Source: Gordius albopunctatus (Eukaryota). From it: 64,000 bases of DNA. The DNA lies in contig OZ193909.1 in the NCBI GenBank assembly GCA_964276515.1, positions 17,918,001 to 17,982,000 of the forward strand. The letters are read 5' to 3'. Below, piece after piece: positions 38,801-51,400 of this stretch. Every line of letters starts with the position of its first letter. Position 1 is the first letter of the stretch. The notes beneath the pieces were generated by a model. That model was not told the DNA's origin. It saw only the letters and a program-made list of their open reading frames with translations, and did not search any database. Both the position numbers and the translations under genes were made by a program.

Positions 38801-39345
38801 TTTCAATGCTGGGTACGCCAATGTTGAGATACTTTGTAGAATAATTGTGTGTTATTTAAATTCTTATGCTATCATCGATGTAGGCAAATTTATTAATGAA
38901 TGTTTTACTATAATTAAAATGATTCGTTATTCAGGATTATAATACTTAATGTTAAATAAACTTGTATCTAGTTAGGGGAATCGCAGTATATTCTAAATGT
39001 TTATTTCAAATCCATCGACTGAAATTTGCCGACAAAAATGAAGACTGGTATCTAAATTCTTACTCTACTAAAGTAGGTTTAGGATACAACTAGAAAAATT
39101 AAATGCAGGCTTTACAATGGAGCTATTATAACATGTAAGCTTTGTTAAATATCGTTTAAAAGTGCAACAAGTCTTTCATAAAATAGGGGGATTCGGGTGG
39201 ACCTCTATACTGTGTAATAGGACAAACTCCAAAGGTATGGGGCCTGGTTTCATGGGGAAGCAACCTCGTCGAGGCACATAAGCCTGGTGTTTACGTTAAT
39301 TTGGCTAACTACAGAAAGTGGATTCAACAAAATTCCAATTTGTAG
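35824..39345 (+). CDS. Trypsin-like S1A serine protease B, 5 exons (35824-35872, 35913-36141, 37126-37391, 37985-38127, 39187-39345), ~281 aa
   Basis: Paralog of gene A with the same intron positions in the catalytic domain. Motifs STAHC, NDIVLIKL, DACRGDSGGP, VSWG and PGVY. The first mini-exon is less certain. Confidence 0.88.
37602..37906. mobile_element. Tc1/mariner-pogo-type MITE in an intron of protease B
   Basis: TA|CAGTCAAAAC...TAATCGCAAA / TTTGCAATTAA...GTTTTGACTA|TA, with internal TAATCGC repeats. Confidence 0.7.
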
Positions 39346-40158
39346 CTATTAGATATATATGGATGCAATATAAACAAGCTTTCTTCGAAAATTTAAATAT
39401 GCTTACTTATGTTTTTCGCAAACTACACAATATGTTAATTACCAAATACTAGCATTTACGATCATTTTTAAGATTATACCCTTATTTATTAATTTGTTTT
39501 TAAATTAAACCAAATACGTACTTGACCATACGTCACGCGATCATATAATTTATAAATTATAGGGAACATCGTGTTTTACAAATTGCATAAAAAATATTTT
39601 CCATGCTAGGTACGTTATTGACTTACCAAAACTTATTGCCATCAGCTTGTAATACATGGCTTACTTTAACGTACACTTAGTCCCACAGTTGTGGGGTCGG
39701 GTTTGCTTTTATTAAATATTTTTATCTTGAACGATAAGTCTATGTATCTCTATTCTTATTAATCTTGCCGCGTTGGTTTTGAATTTATTTTTGATAAATA
39801 AGTTTAGGATAGTTGATGGTAGATTCTAAAATCTCATCTCTTAATTTAATTTATTATAAAATGAATAAACATGAATAAAGCATAAAAATCTGCAAATATA
39901 ATGGATAAAATCTTTCAGAGAGGTTCCCGTTGCTCAGAATAGATGATAATATAGCCTAAACGATTAGGCTGTGAATATATAGCAATCATCAATGATATAT
40001 TAATAACTTTAGCAATATTATTGACATAGAAAGAGAAACCTTATATTCTATGTTCTAGATCAGTACCATTGCTCCTTAAAAGTTTTTTCTATTATAGAGA
40101 TGTCTCGAGATAAACCTACAGCTAAATATACTCTGGGCGTTTGTTTATTCTTTATTAT

Positions 40159-41552
40159 TAGTGAGGCGGAAAAACCGAGAAAAATCTCGGTCTCGTCTCG
40201 AATGGAATCGAGATCGAGACGAGATTTTATCGGCGAGATCTCGACTTTTTTTATCGTTATATTTTAGTAAATTATTGTGTATTTTAATTTGCATGTTTTA
40301 CATTTAAGGTATTAAGTTTAAATCAATACGTATGAAATATATTTGATATTAAAAAGATTCCTGAAAATATTATATTTTTTGCAGGATTTACCTAAGTATC
40401 GTTGACCCTTAGGGTATGTGAATAATTTTATAATATCTTTATTACATATTTAAATCCATAGCATTATTAAATATTAAAAAATTATAGGCTTAGAATGAGT
40501 TCTGATTGAATAGTAAATATAAACAAAGCATATTTATATTTCGCAGTTATTCATCCTGCATAATGCGGTAATTATAAATTGGTGGTCAATCAGTTTGAAT
40601 AATTAAACTAGTTAAGCTAAGGTGGCTCGAGATTTTTTAGCACCCGCTTAAAGATTTCAAAAGTAAAATAGATTATTTAATGACACCGCAATAGATTAAA
40701 TCTAAAGAATGAGTTTTCTAGAAGTTTTTATGCTTTAACTATATTCGATAAATAACTATTTAATGTCAAAGTTAGTTAGAATTGGAAGATAATTATTTGG
40801 AATATAAATTTGATTTTAATGATTTTTTTCATAAATTTAAATACGTGCAATTTAGAGTTTAAAACCTCATATTCCTAATCCTATAATAATGCTGCTTTTA
40901 TTGTTGTTTCTACCCATTTTTATATGTGCATCTAGTTATAAATTCTGTAAATAATAATATTATCCATTGAAAGTCACTCGCACATTGTGGTTTATAACGC
41001 TATAGTAAACATGCAATAAACACTATGGGCTATGATTAATAATGGTACTAATGGACTTAAATGTTTTGCCTTAAATATGTTAAGGTCTACTTTGAAGCTT
41101 TAGCCAGGGTTAATAAAGGGTCTCAATTTGCTAAATTGTGTAACTAAGTCAACTATAACCGAAATTATTATTTTCTTAGTCTATATAGTTGACAAACACG
41201 GTGATTTGATACAAACGTTATAATTTGCTAGAACAATAAAATTTAATTTTCTATACTTCAAATTTATTTATAGTTTTTTAGTCTGCACTTTCCATAGAAA
41301 ATGTTGTTTTTTGAATGAATTCATATCTTTATATTGACAATGAGATGTCGTGTCCCGCTAAATCTTTAAAAAGTTTGTATATTAAAGTTTATCAAAAAAT
41401 ATAAAAATTCGCCATTTTAATTTTTTAAAACTTATTTAATATTTTTAATAAAACAGGAGAAATTTTTATTCCGTATATATTTTTTTTTAAAAAGTCGAGA
41501 CGAGATCGAGATTTTGTCTTCGAGACCGAGACGAGACGAGATAGAAACACTA
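40159..41552. mobile_element. hAT-type non-autonomous element, ~1.4 kb
   Basis: Termini TAGTG/CACTA. Perfect 8-bp TSD TTTATTAT (40151-40158, 41553-41560). Sub-terminal CGAGA/TCTCG repeat clusters at both ends. Confidence 0.82.
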
Positions 41553-42606
41553 TTTATTATTATAAGAACTGGTAATTAATTTAATAATATAACTTTTACA
41601 TTTTTAATTTAATTTATAGCCAATTGTTTTTATAATAAATTATTTCTCTTTATATTAACTGAGTATTCTTTATGTGCTTGGTTCACTTAATGGAGCGATA
41701 TTAACGGTTTGTATTATTGATAAATAAGATTTATTATTTCTACAATGGTTATAACAAATATAGGAACTTTTATATGATCAACAGTTTTGATGCTTATAAA
41801 GATAGCCAGTTGGAAAATAAGAATTTAATTGGTGAAAAATTCTATGTATTCTAAATTCGGCAAATTGAACAGTCTTTTTCAGGCTCTTTTAAAATTTTAT
41901 GACACCATATCTAGCCTGAACTAATTTGTAGAGAAAAAACAATTATGCGCAAATGTTACAAGTTTTCATTTAGATTTCAATTATATTTTTCGCTTAGCTC
42001 GAAACTCATATTAAACATTGTCATAAAATGACTAAAAAGCACATCTAGTAATAACGCGTTGAATTTGGATGACTTGGACATAGATTAAATTGAGTTTTCT
42101 AGATTTAAAATTTGTTATGTAATTGCGGAATGCGCGGTTGTATGACCAGTTCACAATGTCCATTATAATATTATTATATTTGCATTGTCTATATACTCAA
42201 ATGACAATATAAATCGTTTAAATTTTTTATCACTTCAAACATGATTTACTTAGCTATACGTTTGTGAAGAAAAATATTACTATTTAGGGACGTTTTAAAA
42301 CAGGTTTTATTAGGACAATTTAGCTTAATACGTTTTAGTTTATTAAAATCAAATTGTTTATCAATCATTTTATAAATTGGATGTAGATTATAACATTTTA
42401 TATACTTATTCATATAATTTCATTATTTTCTAAGCCTTTTACTTTTCAAAAAAGCTAGAAAATATTTGTTGAGTCCGTTTTCTATACCCTAAAGTTTTTG
42501 AACGATGGGCTATTATAATGAATATTTTCAAGAAAGTGATCATATTTTAATCTCTACCTTATTAGTAATTAAGTATGATAAGTATAATCAACTAATTATC
42601 ATATAG

Positions 42607-43762
42607 GCTTTGGGCCAGCCTGTATCAAGGACGACGATTACAAAATATTTGGTATGAAATGTTTTCAAAAAGAATGCCGATGTGACAATGAAAGTTATGA
42701 GATAAATAAAACATGTGCTTTAAGTAAACATTTCTTGTCAAAGGCATTAAAACAACTTTTTAATTAGCCAAGAATATCGGTTTAAATTGCAAGAGTGATC
42801 ATGAATGCCAGAGTAAGGTCTGTATATCGCATAAGTGTGGTTGCAACAAAACATTTTATGCAGAAAATAATAAATGCAAACCTGGTAAATTAATGTTATT
42901 ATATAAGTACGTCTATTTTAAAAGGTATCAGCCTAAATTTTAAATGTGAGTTGGATATAGAATGTCAAGCAATAACCAGCGACTCAATATGTGAGCCATC
43001 GACAAAAGTATGCATTTGTCACCCTAGTTTCTATCTTTCTGATCTCCAATGCAAACCGAGTATGCATTTATTATAATAATTTTTTCATTACTAACCAATA
43101 TTTTGAATGAATGAGATTTTGCTGCATAGTATTAAATATTGCAATGTTTACTCAATACTAATTTGCAAAATGTTTGCCAATAAGTTATAATATTAGGTGC
43201 GTTTTAATACTAATGTTTACCCAAAACTCGCATTAACCTAAATAATAAAGCTAACTTAACTTTATGTTGCATTGTACTTTATTGTTATTAAGAAGATTTT
43301 TATTTACAGAAAAATTAAACTCCCAAAAGTGCTATCATAACATAGAATGTCCGCATGAAAATTGTTATAAGGGTATATGCTTATGCCAATTCGGATTTTA
43401 TAACGAAAATAACTTTTGTAAACCTGGTAAAGTATTTATTAAGTTTTAGTTTAACTGAAAATGATTATGGTTTAAATTTGGTGAGACATGTGATGATACA
43501 TCGAAATGCGAACTTGGAACTACTAATTCATACTGTCATATATTGAAAAAAGTCTATGTGTGTAACAAGTGGTTTTACCAAGAAAAGATAAATGCCTTTT
43601 GAGTGAGCGAAATTGAGGCAAAGATTTATTTTTAATTAGAAAAATACCCAAATGGTGTTTGTGTATATCCAAATAAATGCATACACGATAATTGCCAGCG
43701 CTGGACGTGTACTTGTCCGCCAAACTTTATTTAAATGTCAAATAACAAAAGCTGTGTTTATG
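42607..43762 (+). pseudogene. Six tandem phase-1 exons, each encoding one six-cysteine EB/EGF-like module (42607-42723, 42768-42884, 42925-43059, 43310-43426, ~43470-43602, 43640-43762); decaying
   Basis: For example CKSDHECQSKVCISHKCGCNKTFYAENNKCKP. Exon 5 lacks an AG acceptor and is frameshifted. Exon 6 has an in-frame TAA at 43732. Cys->Tyr changes present. Confidence 0.75.
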
Positions 43763-43868
43763 GTTAGTTAGCATTTAAATCAATACTTAAATCGTTATTG
43801 AAAAATATTTTTTAAATCATGACTATACGCTAGATTTACATAAGATCGTTTGTAAAATAAGATATAAA

Positions 43869-46800
43869 AACTCGGGCCTTCGGCCCTCGTGGGAAGGGGG
43901 AAGGGGAGGAGGGGAGGGAAGGGGGAACTCATCTACACTCCGTATAAATGTATCATATTTGCTATGCAATTTATGGAAATACTTACGTGAATATTGCAAA
44001 ACGAAGGTTGGAAGCACTAAATAAGTGTATATGCCAAATATCATAAAGGGGGAGAGAGGGAGCGAAGGGGAAGCTTTATGGTTAGTTAAATTCTACGGGA
44101 GTTGTATTACCAAAAAGTCATAATAGCAATGGTAGGAACAGGAACAATCATAATAGTCAAAAAAAAACGAAAAAAAAATTTTCGAATCACATTTTGGCCA
44201 AAGGTCATTTTTTTCCATTGGTCAGCAGCCAGGACACGGTAAAAGTGGATATAAATTCATAATAGTCAAAAAAAACGAAAAAAAAGTTTTCGAATCACAT
44301 TTTGGCCAATGGTTATTTTATTTTTTATTTTTTTTTTTTTTTTTTTTAAATTGACATGCTTTATTAAATAAAAAGTATTAAATATAGAGTGGAATTAATA
44401 AAAAGATACAAGAACGAAAACATTTATATAAAAAAAATGATTAAAACTCAATATCCGTTTCTTCATCTTTGAGAATGGGCATTGAATCCATCAAAGAATA
44501 AAAATTAGATTTAGCGATCGCGATGGCAATTGATTGTCGTAGTAAAAAACTATTCGATATTTTACAAGGGGGCGAGCGTTTATTGAGTTCTTTAAAAAAA
44601 ATTAAAGCGCTCTTCCCAAATGTCCCTGAGCACGATGAGACGATAGGAATAAAAATCGAGTTTTGGGATAAAGCTGAATATTTTAAGGATTTCCGATGCT
44701 CTGCCGATCCAAGGGGGTCGTGAGTATCGTTGGAGGGGGCAAAAAGGTCTATACAGGTGTAGTCCCATTTTAAGAAAAGGCCTTTGTCCCATGGGATAAG
44801 GGACGAACCGTCCGGGCGCATCCGCCCTTCGAGAGAGGGATCTGAAGGTTCAAGGATCGAAGGGACTTTTGCCCGTTTGAGGGCAGCTTGAAGTAGTGTA
44901 TTTATTTTTTGGTGCCTACCATACCGGCTTTTGTTAAATTTACAATGCAGGGGGTGACGTGCTTCCTCATCTACAAGTGAATTACAAAGCCGGCAGGGGT
45001 ATGAGGACGTGTATTTACAGCCCAAGCGGAGGGCTATATTGTAGGAGAGGGTAGGATTCTCCAAAAACATACCCGAAAACTTACTAGGGTAAGCTTCAAG
45101 CCATTCATGTCCGGATTGGTCGAAAGCCAATGACCTAAGGTTGCAATGCTGTTTGGCGTCGCATGTCGAGAGAAGGTAAGCAACGGACCGCGACACCAAG
45201 CTTGCATCCAAATCTTTTTGAGCGTATGATTGTGGTATATTAGCTCCTACATTGACGTTCTCATTCCATAAGGATAGGGCTTGATTTATAGAGGGATTAA
45301 GTGGGAATGGGACAAGGTCGTTGATATGATGTTTAAAAGATAGGGAGGAAGAAATAAAGGCGGCTAGGGAAATCGCAGATGGGGAGCGAATACCAAGGCC
45401 ACCGGATTTTGTGGGAAGTGTGGCTTGAAGCCAAGTATTGGTGTTAAAGGAAATATTTAAAATTGATTCAAGAGTGGATTTAAAAAAGTTTTCATAGTCG
45501 TGTAAAACTTCTTTAAATAAAAAAGCTTGCGTAGAGCGGAAGCAGAATAAAATTTTGCTAATGTTGTAATAATTTTTTATAATATAAAAAGAATGATGAG
45601 ATGGCATAGATTTAAAAATGTCTAATTTGGTTTTTAAAGAAGAGAGATTTTTGTCTAAAAATTTTTTAAGGCACTGGGGTCCCCCGATAGGTGCGCCTAA
45701 AACATACAAATTGTCTTTTTTAATTTTGGCAAAGTCAAAAAACTTTGGGTGAATATTATCCAAGTCAGAATATATTTCACTTTTAGAGGCGTTTAAACAT
45801 AAGTTAAGAGTGGGGAAAAAAGCATGTATTACATCTAGTGCTTGGGCTATTTTATTCCATTGGTCAGCAGCCAGCGGACGGCCAAAAAGTCATAATAGCA
45901 ATGGTAGGAACAGGAACAATCATAATAGTCAAAAAAAACGGAAAAAATAATTTCAATTCACATTTTGGCCAATGGTCATTTTTTTCCATCGGTCAGCAGC
46001 CAGGACACGGTAAAAGTGGATATAAATTCATAACAGTCAAAAAAAAACGAAAAAAAATTTTCGAATCACATTTTGGCCAATGGTCATTTTATTCCATTGG
46101 TCAGCAGCCAGCGGACGGCCAAAAAGTCATAATAGCAATGATAGGAACAGGAACAATCATAATATTCAAAAAAACGAAAAAATAAACTCGGATACACATT
46201 TTGGCCAATGGTCATTTTTTTCATTGGTCAGCAGCCAGCGGACGGCCAAAAAGTCTTATTATCATTGATAGTAACAAGAACAATCATAAGAGTCAAAAAA
46301 AACTCCGGGATTCTAACCCAAAAACTAGATAAATTGCATAGCAATTATTAAAAAGTATAGGGTAATTATCAATGTTAACCTATTCAAAAACGAACAAAAA
46401 ATTTCGATTTATTTGGCCAATGGTAATTTTTTTCAATTATCAATGTTAACTTATTCAAAAAGGAAAAACGAAAAATTAGGATTTATTTGGCCAATGTTCA
46501 TTTTTTCATTGGTCAGTAGCCAGCGGACGGTCAAAAAGTCATATTATCAATGGTATTAACAAGAACAAAATATTAAATTAATTAAAAAAATAAAAATTTT
46601 GCCCTCTCCGGGATTCGAACCCACATTAAATAGAGGCATAAGCCTTTGGAGGGGAACAGGGAACCATATAAATAGAGCCATAGGCCCTTGTAGGGGAGGG
46701 CATAGGGTAATTATCAATGTTAAACTATTCAAAAACGAAAAATTAAAAATTTCGATTTATCTGGCCAGTGGTCATTTTTTCATTGGTCAGTAGCCTGCGG

Positions 46801-47313
46801 ACGGTCAAAAATTCATATTATCAATGGTATTAACAAGAACAATATATTAATTTAATTTAAAAAAAAATAAAAATTTTTGTCCTCTCCGGGTCTCGAACCA
46901 TCAATTTAGAACGTTCGCCGGGATTCAAACCCACATTAAATAGAGGCATAAGCCTTTGGAGGGGAACAGGGAACCATATAAATAGAGCCATAGGCCCTTG
47001 TAGGGGAGGGCATACGGTAATTATCAATGTTAAACTATTCAAAAACGAAAAATTAAAAATTTCGATTTATCTGGCCAGTGGTCATTTTTTCATTGGTCAG
47101 TAGCCTGCGGACGGTCAAAAAGTCATATTATCAATGGTATTAACAAGAACAAAATATTAATTTAAAAAAAAAAAAATTTTGTCCTCTCCGGGTCTCGAAC
47201 CCGCAACCTCCAGGTCGGGAAGCTGGTGTAAATAACTTGGTGGACGACGGACGGACGGACGGACGGACAACCAAAAACGAGCCCATAAATTGCATAGCAA
47301 TTAATATAGTGGA
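43869..47313 (-). mobile_element. Helentron/DINE-1-like element (copy 2), interrupted by a CRE LINE and carrying an extra ~300-bp internal duplication
   Basis: Colinear with 1209-2797. Perfect 18-bp sub-terminal IR at 43959-43976 / 47283-47300. Hairpin and (GGAC)n are retained. Confidence 0.72.
44323..45847 (-). mobile_element. 5'-truncated CRE-clade-like LINE (RT C-terminus, CCHC, RLE)
   Basis: Open 440-aa ORF 44441-45763 (GAPIGG, GGLGIR, CRLC...HPLHC, RH, RPDG, WD). Poly(A) tail. TSD TATTTTATT (44314-44322, 45848-45856). Confidence 0.93.
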
Positions 47314-47811
47314 ATTTGTGATGAAGAAAATTTTATAAGTGATAATGTTTCGCACACTTGTCAGCCACTGGATATGGATAAACACATTTTATGAACATTA
47401 GCTATACAATAGAAGCAATAGAAGCAATAGAAGTTTATTTTGTGATAAATGGTATTGTCGAAGATATATTAAATAATCTATAAGTTTGTGTTTGATAACA
47501 CATGTATATAAAAACAACCATCCTGCAATTGGACCCATAATTCTGATACAGAATTTTGCGTTCAATAATGAGATTTGAATATTGTTGTATAAAAACGGTG
47601 AAATAGGATTGATATGTGAGTAGAGGGAAATGGAACGCGATATTTCGGACACTTATGGTCCATACAACAATATTAAGATAAACGGATTGACAATTCTAGA
47701 TCATATCAATAATGAGATGTTTTTCTTTTTTTTAATCTCCAGGTTTTTAAATAAAGGAGGTTGAATGTGAAAAAAATTCCTATTTTAGACGTTGTATTCT
47801 AACGATATTTT

Positions 47812-48308
47812 TAATTATATCGAAAAAATTAATTTATTAGATTACAGTTTCTTCTATAGGTCTATTTTTTTGTTAAATCTCTATTTTTAAATTTATTCGC
47901 GTTTACGTGAACCCCTTCCCTATCAGAATTCGTCTCACTATGTCTGGAAAACGAAGTACATTAATTAGAGTACATACTACATGATTAAATTAAATGCATC
48001 ACTCTCTCCCTTCACTTATTCTCCTCTCTTTCTCCTCCGTTCTCGACCCCTGCATGTGTGCTTGGCTAGGTATGGGGGCGAGAGTGGAAGAGAAGGAGAA
48101 AGGAATAGAGTGATGTGTTAGTAAATATAACGTGTGTATGAACTCTAATGTACTCCGTTTTCCATACATAGTGGGACGAATTTTGATAAAGGGAAGGGGT
48201 TCACGTAAACGCATATAAATTTAAATATAGAGATGAAATAAAAAAGTGACCTTTACTATAAATCAAACCTTAATCTACAGGAATAGAAAAATATTTTTCG
48301 GTATAATT
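47812..48308. repeat. ~500-bp imperfect palindrome (MITE-like)
   Basis: Arms ~47812-47963 and ~48147-48308 (GCGTTTACGTGAACCCCTTCCCT / AGGGAAGGGGTTCACGTAAACGC). The centre is CT-rich then GA-rich. Confidence 0.75.
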
Positions 48309-48481
48309 TTAGAATGCCATGGGAATATAGCCTCAAAGAATGATAAAATGGCCATTTATTAGTCTGATTGCGGGATCGATTTAAAAAGTCATTATTTGTA
48401 GATCCTTTGTAATATAAATTTCTTGTAATATATGCATATTTTCAAGCACTTTGAGTATAAAAACGATTTTTATAATATTAG

Positions 48482-51400
48482 ACATCAAAGCTTTGTTAGC
48501 AATAAAAACTTATCCACCTCTTTACAGTGCACGATATCATAAAAGTCTCCAGCTAAATATCAACTTTGATGACTTCCCTTCACCTTATCTACAAATTGAC
48601 AACTTTGAATGTCCACTCATAAGGGAAGTTTATACTTTGGAGGACACTAATTACATCAGAGTCAAAGCCTATTATAAATGTCAAGAGCCTTTTGTCACTA
48701 AATTAGCGGTTATATTATTTAAATTGAAGCATAATGTTATCCTTAAAATTTGTGAAATCCATGTGGTATCAAAATTAACAGGTATACCCCTATATTGATT
48801 TATCCAACGAATAATGAATCAAATATTTTTTTAGAAAATTTGTTAACAAATCAAATGTACCAAAATCAAGTTTTTGATGAAGACCGTTATAAAATATTAG
48901 ACGTGGTGTCGAATGGAATGTATGATATCGCGCTTAAATGCTCTGGACACAATTTAAAACTATCTAGTAAGGCACAAAGTTTTATTTCAATTATTTTTAC
49001 CATCAAATCTATCACTAAACTTACAGGCAGATTATAATATTATAATTTAGGAGTAACAATGTTTAAATAAGGAACATATTTCATTAAAGTCTTTTTTAGA
49101 CTATTTTTATATATATTGTTAGTAATAAATAATACAAGGCATATATATAACTTGAAAATAATTAACGGGCTTTAAATGACTTATATAATTTGTTATAAAG
49201 GAGAGGAGCTAAAACCCTATGACATAGTCATAGCCTTCCAAGACTTTAGCCAAAATCGCGTCTTTAATTTGTCCAGCATAATTTTATACCTATCGGCATC
49301 CCATACAAGTAATTATTGGCTTTATTATAATCAAATTAATATTAGATAAACCTTTATATTATCACAGATTTAGAATATATGCCAGTTTGATTTATAAAAT
49401 AACTCCGTCTGCTTTCAAGTGTTATGAACTGTTTAAATTTTATAACGAACCGGACGTTCTTATTCATCTTCAGTAATATAATAAATTTGCCTAAATTGAC
49501 AACCTTACAGAGTTTCAAGAAATTTTTCTTTATGCATGGGAACTGTGTTCACCATAAGAAAAATCAGCCCTTATGCAGATGCATCGTTCTGTGAAATTGA
49601 ATTTTACGGTCATGATTTAGAGATTTTTAGCTGGTGGTAATATTTTTTTCCAAGCAAATTTCCTTACCACATTACTTAATGTTATCATAAGCACTTAGTA
49701 GTTACAAACATGCTTTATAATTTTCCCTGCATTGTGGGCTACCAGAATAATTATACGAGTAATGCGTTAGAATAAGTCGTCATTTTCTATCTCAAACTCA
49801 TTGAAACAATCGTTTTTAATGTATATTAGTATTTATTAATTTTTAAATAAGTGGTGATAAAATGGTTATTTAATTATATAAAATAGCACCCAGACGCGAA
49901 AACATATAAAAATTATTACAAACATGCACATTTCCAACATTATAAAGGATACATGTAATATTATTTAGGATGAATTCTTAGTATTAATTATCATGGCATA
50001 AGCCTGACGACTTACAACCCTTAAAGAGAGACCTTACCATGGGCGTAGCCAGCTTTCGGATCAGGGGGGGGGGGGCGAGCAAAAAAAATCGCCGAGACTA
50101 AGTGAGAGCAAAAAAAAAGGTCGCCAAGACCTTTTTTTGGTATTTAACGTTAGTAATTAAAATATTTTGCTATTCTTTGGCCTCAACCCACATAAAAACT
50201 CATTATTAATCAACAGTACAGTGTACAGAGGATATGTAAACGATGTATGAAGGAACTAACACAAACGCAACTACTAATCTCAATATTTAATTCTTATATA
50301 ATTTAAATTTGCGTCAAAAGGTCGTGAAATAAAATTTTCAACATAAAACTTAATTTCAATCAGGGGGGGGGCGAAACACTAATTTTTTCCAATTTTTACA
50401 TAAATTTACATTAAAAAATAGAAAAATTCTCATTCAGGGGGGGGGGGGGCTACGCCCATGATCTGTACCATAAAATCCCCCATTTTAAATTTGACAATCT
50501 CCCATGTCTTTTGCAGTGCCCCCCCCCCCCCTTTAATAAAACGAATAAATACTCATTTAGTAAAAAGCAAACGGTACTAAATTGTTTTAACATCACATCA
50601 TCACCTAATTTTTTAAGGATATATATTTAACAAGTTTTTGAAATGTTAAAGTAGTTCAATATTTTTTTCATTATGTTTTAAATACACTATAATTAACCAA
50701 GAATCACTATTAGCTATATAACCATTCCTAATTTTTGCACATTTAAAAATGGTGGATAAAACGGTACACTTATTCAACGTTGATGAGTCTATCTAGTCTA
50801 TGGTTCTTAGGAAAATTAAAGTTATATAATTTGCGATTGTTAGAATGTGTTGATATAGCTAACACATATAGTAATTAATAAAAGTAAAATAACTTAAGAG
50901 TATTAATTATTTCTGAACATATAATCTCAGATCATACCTTAAATATATTTTTTAATTTTTAAGGTTACAAGTTCAATTATAAAACGATTAGCAATTAAGG
51001 TTGATGTGCATCACAAAATAGGCCATCTGACGAAAACTTACTCTTGCGGGAAAATTTATAGTATACTCTACGCAATAATTAGATATTATATATGACTATA
51101 ATTTTGCATTTGTTTGATTTATAATGGATTATTAATTTCTCTTTATTTAGCTGGTTTATTCGCAATAGCATTGTATTTTCGTTGTTTGGGACGTGTATAT
51201 TTGTCAAATAGTAGCCACAGGACAAGAAGGCAGTAATAGATTAAGCTCTTTAGAACAATATATATATGATATGCGCATAAATACAAGTATAAAAATATAG
51301 GTTATAGACTTGCTGACACACTCAATTATTCAGTAATTCTTAGTGGTGGGAAAACGCTTAGCACTAGCGCGCTTAGCACCTCCCCGCTGATGGGAATAGC

